Origin: Corallochytrium limacisporum Hawaii
Lineage: Eukaryota > Protista > Pluriformea
Assembly: GCA_002811645.1 (NCBI GenBank)
Contig: PDIP01000087.1
Location: forward strand, 1 to 64,000
Direction of reading: 5' to 3'
DNA: 64,000 nucleotides
Shown here in pieces: positions 56,101-64,000 of this stretch. How positions within the stretch are numbered: position 1 is the stretch's first letter; each line of letters opens with the position of its first letter. A program made the position numbers and the translations under genes. The notes below the pieces were generated by a model. The model saw nothing but the letters and a program-made list of their open reading frames with translations, ran no database searches and was not told the origin of the DNA.

Positions 56101-59100
56101 NNNNNNNNNNNNNNNNNNNNNNNNNNNNNNNNNNNNNNNNNNNNNNNNNNNNNNNNNNNNNNNNNNNNNNNNNNNNNNNNNNNNNNNNNNNNNNNNNNNN
56201 NNNNNNNNNNNNNNNNNNNNNNNNNNNNNNNNNNNNNNNNNNNNNNNNNNNNNNNNNNNNNNNNNNNNNNNNNNNNNNNNNNNNNNNNNNNTCCCCCCGG
56301 GGGGGGGAGAGAGAGAGAGGGAGGAGAGCAAGGAGGGGGAGAGTGAGGCAGAGCGCACTCTGGGGCCGGCCCAGCCAACCCACCCCCCCACCGACCGCAG
56401 GGGCAGTGCTGGCCTCCCCGCCCACCCCGCCTTTGGCCCGGAGAAAAAGAAGGGAATTTTTCACGGGTTCTCTTCGTAATGTACTTTTTTATGCGGAGCA
56501 AAAATGAAAAAGTTCGGTTCGGTTCTGGGCCGATGGGTTCAGTATATACCGCATCGCCCAAAGGAAGGCGCGCCCACCGACAAAAAAAAAGAAAAAGAAA
56601 TCATTAGAATTTGCCAGTCAGTGAACACCACCACAACAACAACAAAACCGTTCTGCGGGTATTTTTCCTTTTATTTTTTTTGGCTTTCTCTGTTGTACGG
56701 GAGATGACCACTCCTGCGACTCTACCAAAAAAACCCTGGAACCCAAAGGAAGAAGGTCTGCTGAAGCATTCTTCTACTGTCCCCGGTGGTCGGCCCGGTA
56801 AAGCAAAGGACAAAAACAAAATAGGAATCAACACGGAATGTGAAAGAGAGAGAGAGAACAAAGCCAAAACGACGAATAAAAAAAAAACATTGTGAAACAC
56901 ACACTCTGCAGCCTACGATCCGGAGACGCGAAAAAAAGTAATCAAGAAAAAAAGATTATACTAAAAACAAGGGAGGCACTGCACCGACTCCTCCCTAAAG
57001 CCAAGGTTTGTATACCAAAACTTAGACCGCTGCTGCCCGGCGGGAAGTTTCAAGAAAGAAATTGTTAGAAAACAAAATCTAAAAACTAACTGGAGGAAAA
57101 GAAGGGTTCAGGAAGGTGAGCGAGGCAGGGAAGGAACGGAGGAAAGGGTGCCACCGGGAGCTTAACACACACGCACAGACAGACACAGCGATAGAGTCAA
57201 AATAGAAAAGGAGAAAGTAGAAAAGCAAAACAAGACGAAAAGTCCAACCCAACCCAACCCCTGGGCCCCCCGCGGGGGGGGTGGGGCCAGGGGGAGGAGG
57301 AGGTCGGCTCCTCTCACCACGACCCTTCCGATCCCGAAAAAAGCCGCCCTCTCATGATTGGGCAATTTCTTTATGCCGTATATTATAATAGCCTTTAAAT
57401 AGTAGATTTTAAGCTATTATTTAATTTCCGTATGAATAATTTGAGAACCCCACCCGACCACATGGGCCACTGTTTTGGCGGGTTGGACGCGGAGTGTGTG
57501 TGTGTGTGTTTCTTCGACACTTACTGTCCCGGGAGGAAGGAACGAAGGGCGAACAATCCGGCTGCTAGTGTGTGTGTCTTTGCTTTGCTGATAGGGGTTC
57601 CGGATGCGATGGACTCTGGAGGGTGGTAACCCGTCCCCTGCTAGGATAGTGTACAAATACACTGTTTCGTGTCAGTCTTCTGGTATCTCACTCGTTTCGT
57701 GCGACCGACCTTTCCTTAGAAATGAGACAGCGAATTGGGAAGCTAGCGTCACATATTCGGTACCTAAATACTCTGGCACCCAGTAGCACATGCACGGCAG
57801 ATCGCGCTTTCAAGCATAGTACTGGACCGACATGGTTGGAACATGATTACTCCCGCGGAAACGATGATAGATCCCCAGTGTTTTACCATCACCATCTGAC
57901 TGCGCGTCAAACGCGCGCATCTCTCATCAACAGACCCTCGATTTTGTGTGTTGGTGTGAGTGTGGTTTGATGATTTGGTGCGCCGCTTCCGAGCATCTCG
58001 CTATCGTGTGTATGGCGGCAGGTGTCACCACTTCACTACCCCGTTGTTGAGGGTGATTCTATGCGACCGGAAATCTCCCCTCATGTGTGAGAGTAAACCC
58101 CGCTGCTCTTATACATGAAGGGCAGGCATCCACAGCCTGTGGTAAAGCATGCTTCTACCTCAAATTGATTGCAGTGATGATGCTGATGACTGGCTGTAGA
58201 GTGCAATGCGAGGTCAGAGAGCAAAGTCTAGCCAGCTTGTTCTAGGCAGTCCGTTAAATCCGCCACTGCCAGCAACAACCCCAAAATGACGCCGATGCTC
58301 TAGGACAGAGAGGGCCACAGGGAGCAGCAGCGAAGGGATGATGACAACAATAATGACCTCTTGGGTCTTGCGAGGGTGGCTGGTGTATACATGGAACGGT
58401 GCGATGCGTGTCAGGCTCGTACTTCGTGACAGTCTGTAAGCACTCTCGAAGTGTGTCCCAGATTGGGTGCCTTACTAGAGGCGGCGGTCATTGACTGAGA
58501 AAGAGACGGCGCGATGAAATGGGTTCCAATGTCGCGTGGTGAAGAAGGAAAGGCCTTTGATACCATCACACTTTATGGCCCAACGCAGGCTCTGTAAATG
58601 CGCAAGCGCTATGTTTGGACCCATCACCACGAATTCTGTTGGTTTCGTGTGGAGGAAGAGGGTAAACGCGTACGGGTTGCTCCGCAAATTAAATGGCCCG
58701 AAATCTGAGTGTATCACGGAGCGGGTCATTATAATTCTCACTGAGGGCAGCCTCTAAATATTTTACTTGCCTCCAAAGGGACGTTTACAAAGGGGGGGGG
58801 CCAGTTTGGCCTTTTCAAAAGAGGGGGGGGGGCCGGCAGAGGGTCTCGGGAGAGGGGGTTACCCATGCGACCATTGCCCCCGCCGTTTTGGCAGCATTTT
58901 TTTTTCTTGCAGTTTCTCTGCCTCTCTCTCTCTCCGTCCGCCGATGGCTGCTGTGTTGAGTGGCCCCCCCCCCTTCTGTGCCGCTGACTCTTTGCCNNNN
59001 NNNNNNNNNNNNNNNNNNNNNNNNNNNNNNNNNNNNNNNNNNNNNNNNNNNNNNNNNNNNNNNNNNNNNNNNNNNNNNNNNNNNNNNNNNNNNNNNNNNN

Positions 59101-59712
59101 NNNNNNNNNNNNNNNNNNNNNNNNNNNNNNNNNNNNNNNNNNNNNNNNNNNNNNNNNNNNNNNNNNNNNNNNNNNNNNNNNNNNNNNNNNNNNNNNNNNN
59201 NNNNNNNNNNNNNNNNNNNNNNNNNNNNNNNNNNNNNNNNNNNNNNNNNNNNNNNNNNNNNNNNNNNNNNNNNNNNNNNNNNNNNNNNNNNNNNNNNNNN
59301 NNNNNNNNNNNNNNNNNNNNNNNNNNNNNNNNNNNNNNNNNNNNNNNNNNNNNNNNNNNNNNNNNNNNNNNNNNNNNNNNNNNNNNNNNNNNNNNNNNNN
59401 NNNNNNNNNNNNNNNNNNNNNNNNNNNNNNNNNNNNNNNNNNNNNNNNNNNNNNNNCCCCTAGCAAAACATCGGAAAAAAACCAAGGCGCGGGCTGCACA
59501 CAACCCAGCCACCTATTGATCAGTCCGAGCGAAGGTCCCCGGACGGAACCGGGCCGTAGCAGGCCCTTCCCGAACAAAAAGGAGCGAAAGGCGAGCGAAA
59601 AGAACGGGGGCTCTGGGGCTGGGCGGGTTTTGGGAAAAAAAAGGGAAGAGAGGGAAAAGTTTGGAACAGGGAGAAGGGGGGCATTCATTAAAACTGTTTA
59701 CCCTAACATTCT

Positions 59713-60371
59713 TTAACGATGTCCGGGTTCGGTGGGTCTTTGACACAGGCAGATGGGCTCTTTGGTTTTGTTGGCGGACGTGCCGCCACAAAGCACGTTG
59801 ACCGGCATGACATAGTGCCGTCCATCGTACTGATTCAGCGAACGGGACAGAGCGTAGGTTTGGAAGACCCGAAACAGGAGCTCGTCACGCTCTTTTCATT
59901 ATATAGCATAAAGTCGTCGCTCTCTTCTTGGACAAGCATGGCTCGCAACTTATCGGATACACTGATGTCGTAGACAATCTCCTCGAGCTGTTTACGAATG
60001 TAGCCTTCACCGCGGCAGATGCCGTTGTCCGCGTTTGCAACACGGATCAGCAGACCCATAGTTGTGTACGAGGAAAGAATTGGTTTAATCTTTGCGTGCT
60101 CACCCAATGGCTGGGCTCCTACCTTGGCCCACGTACCCGATGCGGCCAACACTGAAAAGGCTGAAATGAACGCATTTGAGCAGAGCAGATCCCGCAGAAC
60201 CTTCTCCTCCCTACAAGCTTCGACATGTCGATCAGAGCAAAATTTATAGGCCCGTAAAGAAACGTTTAGATTCCACTTCTCAAGCAGCGTGGCATTGTCC
60301 TTGTTCTCATGAACGGGCAAACCCGACCTCATGAAGTGGAACGTGTTCTCGGGCTGCAGTGAGGACACCAT
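59713..60371 (-). pseudogene. CFAP300: CFAP300 (C11orf70, DUF4498) dynein-arm assembly factor, frameshifted and C-terminally degraded
   Basis: ATG 60371. LLEKW.L..SLRAYKF, G.IRK....VSDKLRAMLVQEESDDF.LY match the family. The conserved continuation ERDELLFRVFQTYAL..LNQYD lies in the -1 frame after GAAAAG (T-run at 59893-59896); similarity then decays to a stop at 59713. Confidence 0.7.
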
Positions 60372-61269
60372 ATTCCCTTTCCGAATACTATTTAATTTGT
60401 GGTGTTTCTGTCATGAGATGGATAACACTCGTTACTCTATTTCTCCAAATAACAGTCGGATCAGCTCCGGATCCCACGCGTTTGTTTCCGTTGGGAGTTG
60501 CCTTGCCATCACATCAAGTAGTCGATGGCCCGCTCCCCGCCCGGCGACCCTGCAGCCACGTCCCTACCCGAACCGGCCCTAGCCCCGCACGCGTTGCGAA
60601 GGTTCCCCGCACACTGTCCATTCCCGTACTGAATGTACCACCGAAGCCACCGTTGGTGGCCCGGGGGGGCAATCGACGATCTCCCACTCACCCCGGCCTC
60701 TGGAATTGGGGCCCCCCCTTGAATTAACTAACAAGGGTATCAGTTGGGTAGGCATTCTCTCAGCCCAGTGCCAAGTCACTTTGTTGGCCATACGTTCCCA
60801 GCCCCCTAAACCCACCCCCCCCCGGGGGAGGGGGGGGGCAAAGGCTCTGAAGAGCTCGGATGGTGAAAGCAGCCAAGGAACGGTGATGTTGTGCCGCACC
60901 CCATTCGGTGCTGCTGCCACGTCTCAAGATCATTCTGCTTTGTGGCGTCTTCGTCGGTTCTTAGCTAAGCTTTTTTTTCTTTTGCTACACGACATCAATT
61001 GGCACCTCATACGTGGATGCTTTTTGTTTGAATCCATGGTATTTGGAAAGTGAGAACCAAGGTGACGTTGAAGAAGTAGAGCAGCCTGTTCCCATACATC
61101 AGCGGTGAAGGTCTTGCCCTTGAATTCCCTTGGATCATCAGGGAGGGCACGCATAGGAGCAGTAGACAGAAGGACCAATACACTGCCCCAGTAGGAGCTG
61201 CAGCCCACGCGGTGGCACATCACCACCGCAAATTAAGCAAGGAACATTCTAGCCCGGAACCGACGCGCA

Positions 61270-62649
61270 ATGCCCCAAAGGCGGCCCACACGGTCGTCGC
61301 ATCCACAGCCGCAGCAGTACCAGCGGCCGGTGGAGCGATCGAGCTCGCTCGCGGCTGGCGTGATCGGTGCTGCTTTGGGGGCCGGTGCGGTACTACTCGC
61401 GGGTTATTTCGCAGGGCCCGGGGCTGATGCCGAATCTGATCATCGGCAAGCGGAGGGACCAATGGAGGAACGGATTGACCCAGAGTATGAGCAGCGGTAC
61501 GTAACTACGTCATGCCAACAGGATTATAATGATCGGTGTCGCGGAAAGTCAGCAGTGAATTCGGGCAGTAGGCGTGCCAGCTCCCCGGCGGGAGACAGCT
61601 TCCACTCCGCAGATGGTGATGAAATGGTCGACGAAGAGGATGACCTCGCCCTCGATGATTCGCAGGTCTTGGCGAGTACTTCAAACCAGACCTCCCTGGT
61701 CAGCGGCAGTATCGATGGTGGTGCTCACGTGGAATCCGGCAGATCAGTGTCCCTGCTTACCGACCCACGCAGCCGCCAGGTGCTAGAGGACAATTTGGTA
61801 TGTCCGATTACCCAGTGCATACCCTCGCGCCCACTGATCTCAAAGTACGGGCACATCTACGACGGTGAAGCTATACATGAGTGGGTATCACATAGTGGTC
61901 GGTGTCCGGTTACAAACTTAGAACTGACGGAGGATGATCTTTATCCGTGCTACGGCTTGGCAAATCTGATCAATGCCTGGCATCAGGAACAGATGAAGGG
62001 AGACATTGCTGCGAAACAGGAGGGAGGTACAGACTCAAGCGTGGGCTATACAGTCACCGCTGATGGCGGACTACAGAGTCTGTCTAGTTTTGAAAGAGCG
62101 CCCCGATTTCGTTTCGAGCGCTACACTTCGCGCGTGGAAATGTGCACACCGGCAGAGATCGAGGATCATTTGCATCGATTGAATCTGAGATTGCAGCAAC
62201 AGCCACGTGTGCGGAACGTGGGTGGCAGTGATGCGCAGCTGGAAGACATCACAGCGACGTTCACTCCCGCTCCGTTGCCATCGTCCAGCATTTTTATCCT
62301 CCTTCCGGGCATTCCCTCATCGAAACAGCCGGGCGAAGTTATCCTAGAGAACCGGGGACGTTGCACAGTAAACGTCTACGGGCGGCACTTGGCCGATCCG
62401 CAGAGGCCAATCACTGGCGTCGGTACTGTACGACCACAGGGGCGACTGCGCATGGCCTTCCGTCAATGTCACACTGGACCCGGCAGCACAGGACGGCCGC
62501 TGTTCGGAGAATGGGCGGTGGAGGTGCAGGCATCTTCCCTCGAACACGTTACGCACGTCGCTATTCTCAAAGTCAGCGGCAGGGCCAGTGGAGGCGCTGT
62601 GAATGATCTGGGCATGGTTACCGCCGCGTCCGATGTGGACGTGCTGTGA
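61270..62649 (+). CDS. U-box domain protein (putative E3 ligase) with N-terminal hydrophobic anchor, 459 aa
   Basis: LVCPITQCIPSRPLISKYGHIYDGEAIHEWV...RCPVTNLELTEDDLYP..LANLINAW is a U-box; AAGVIGAALGAGAVLLAGYFAG is TM-like. Confidence 0.8.
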   Translation: MPQRRPTRSSHPQPQQYQRPVERSSSLAAGVIGAALGAGAVLLAGYFAGPGADAESDHRQAEGPMEERIDPEYEQRYVTTSCQQDYNDRCRGKSAVNSGSRRASSPAGDSFHSADGDEMVDEEDDLALDDSQVLASTSNQTSLVSGSIDGGAHVESGRSVSLLTDPRSRQVLEDNLVCPITQCIPSRPLISKYGHIYDGEAIHEWVSHSGRCPVTNLELTEDDLYPCYGLANLINAWHQEQMKGDIAAKQEGGTDSSVGYTVTADGGLQSLSSFERAPRFRFERYTSRVEMCTPAEIEDHLHRLNLRLQQQPRVRNVGGSDAQLEDITATFTPAPLPSSSIFILLPGIPSSKQPGEVILENRGRCTVNVYGRHLADPQRPITGVGTVRPQGRLRMAFRQCHTGPGSTGRPLFGEWAVEVQASSLEHVTHVAILKVSGRASGGAVNDLGMVTAASDVDVL

Positions 62650-62830
62650 TATTCAAAACCTCACACCGAAACAAAACATTTGATGGCGACAGAGGGAAAA
62701 CCACCGCTTTGTTCCTTCGTGTCCAAACAATGTCATTACATGAGTTGCTAGAGTTTTAAATAAAGATTAGATATGGTTGACCCACAAAAACACGCACTGT
62801 GGTCAATTCCGTTCTTCCTCATATCTGTTG

Positions 62831-64000
62831 TCAGTCAGTGTCCGAATCAGTGTCGTCAGTGAACATCAGAGACAGATTCCGGCGGCTATACTCCGGCTGT
62901 GACGATTCATGGTCCTCGTCATCGTCCATCGCGAAGCTCTCCTGTGTGCTCGGCTGTGAATGAGCCTGCTGCAGTGGACTGGAGGTTGGCATGGCGCCGG
63001 GCTGACGGTAGCCGCCAAAAAATTCCTGTGCAAACGGCGACGGGTGCGTCGCAGGTGATCCCTCGAAATGTAGATCGTTTCCTCCGGTGCTGTGCTGCAC
63101 CTCTTCATCCTGGGACGAAGACGCCGCGTCGAAATCATCAAAGAGTTCGCGCCGTGGGGTACGGCCGTTCTTCGCTGTTGTGCCGCCGGCTGCAGTGACC
63201 TTCGTCGCTATAGACGACCGCGCTGCGGTGTGGTCCTCGAGCAGTGCCTCACCAACCCCGGTTGTCGCAGCGCGGCCGGATCGTGGGTGCACCCAAAGTT
63301 TTGAGTCCGACATTGATCCGCGGTTGGCCATGACTGCCGCTGTGCTTGATGTGCCGTCGCGGATAGCTTTCCAGGGGGTTGACATGGTTGGGCATGGTGA
63401 AGCAGGTGGATTGTGCCCCGAGTGTTGGAGTTGCTGTCCCTGTGGTTGGGTGAGGTAGCGACGTGGTGCGGGAGAATTCCGAGACGGCACGGATACCGTC
63501 GACGGACGGCGCGGCAGTGATGCAACGGATGAGGACGATGTTGAGGGCGATGACCCAGGGATCGCCATGGGAATGGTTGGTATACCCTTGCCGATCGAAT
63601 TCGGCACCATTGATGCGGAAGCTGAGCCACCTGACATGGTCACCCTTTGTTGCTGCCTAAGCAAACTGTTCGCGTCCGGAGATGGTGTGACACTGAAATC
63701 CAAGGGTCCTTTAAGCCCGAAAGGTTCTGATGGTTCACGCCAGAGGACATCACCATTGGACGACGGCGTCTGACTGTTCTGCTGCTGTAGTTGACCGCCT
63801 GTGCGATCTCCATGCCCCTGGCTCTGACCGTAGAGCAAAGCACTGTCCGTGGTGCGGAAGTTGTGGTTTAATCCTGGAGACAAACTCGGTGGTGGTTGCT
63901 GACGCGTTGATGAGGAGCCTTGGACGCTGCTGCCGCCAACGCTTCCGCTTGCAAAAGACCCGAGTGGGCTGGGACTGTTATGCGCTCCAACACTATCTCG
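62831..64000 (-). CDS. 3' portion of an S/T/P/Q-rich disordered protein, 5' end outside the window
   Basis: Frame is open from 64000 (RDSVGAHNSPSPLG..) to the stop at 62831. Many SP/TP sites; RRELF and terminal RRNLSLMF motifs. Confidence 0.7.
   Translation of the reverse strand, partial: RDSVGAHNSPSPLGSFASGSVGGSSVQGSSSTRQQPPPSLSPGLNHNFRTTDSALLYGQSQGHGDRTGGQLQQQNSQTPSSNGDVLWREPSEPFGLKGPLDFSVTPSPDANSLLRQQQRVTMSGGSASASMVPNSIGKGIPTIPMAIPGSSPSTSSSSVASLPRRPSTVSVPSRNSPAPRRYLTQPQGQQLQHSGHNPPASPCPTMSTPWKAIRDGTSSTAAVMANRGSMSDSKLWVHPRSGRAATTGVGEALLEDHTAARSSIATKVTAAGGTTAKNGRTPRRELFDDFDAASSSQDEEVQHSTGGNDLHFEGSPATHPSPFAQEFFGGYRQPGAMPTSSPLQQAHSQPSTQESFAMDDDEDHESSQPEYSRRNLSLMFTDDTDSDTD

Noticed and set aside
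1-64000. CRISPR arrays, rRNA or intact transposons
   Set aside because: No regularly spaced repeats, rRNA signatures, or transposase/RT motifs were seen.

Overview
Eukaryotic, apparently intron-free genomic window with 8 N-gaps. Coding regions are GC-rich; intergenic DNA is rich in homopolymers and microsatellites. The style suggests a unicellular opisthokont/holozoan, but that is inference only. Recognisable genes: acetoacetyl-CoA thiolase, QCR7, an ER-type sulfatase, an NmrA-like protein with a signal peptide, a THUMP/Trm14-like methyltransferase, a small single-pass membrane protein, a heme oxygenase, three tandem AidB/ACDH-11-like acyl-CoA dehydrogenases (PTS1 on the two whose C-termini are visible), CHCHD2/Mix17, a GLI/GLIS-like zinc-finger factor, a membrane U-box protein, and the 3' end of an S/T-rich protein with RxL motifs. 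The most notable feature is a bacterial-type MoxR/CobS-like AAA+ ATPase with a mitochondrial-like presequence. It ends at CAG TTT TTT TGA, and a long CobT/NorD-like VWA ORF opens in the -1 frame across that U7 run. This is a candidate programmed -1 frameshift yielding both AAA-only and AAA-VWA products, with internal MPP-like sites; a one-base assembly error is the main alternative. Two cilium-associated genes, Tubby and CFAP300, are present only as disrupted remnants. All family calls are motif recognition by eye; no searches were run.
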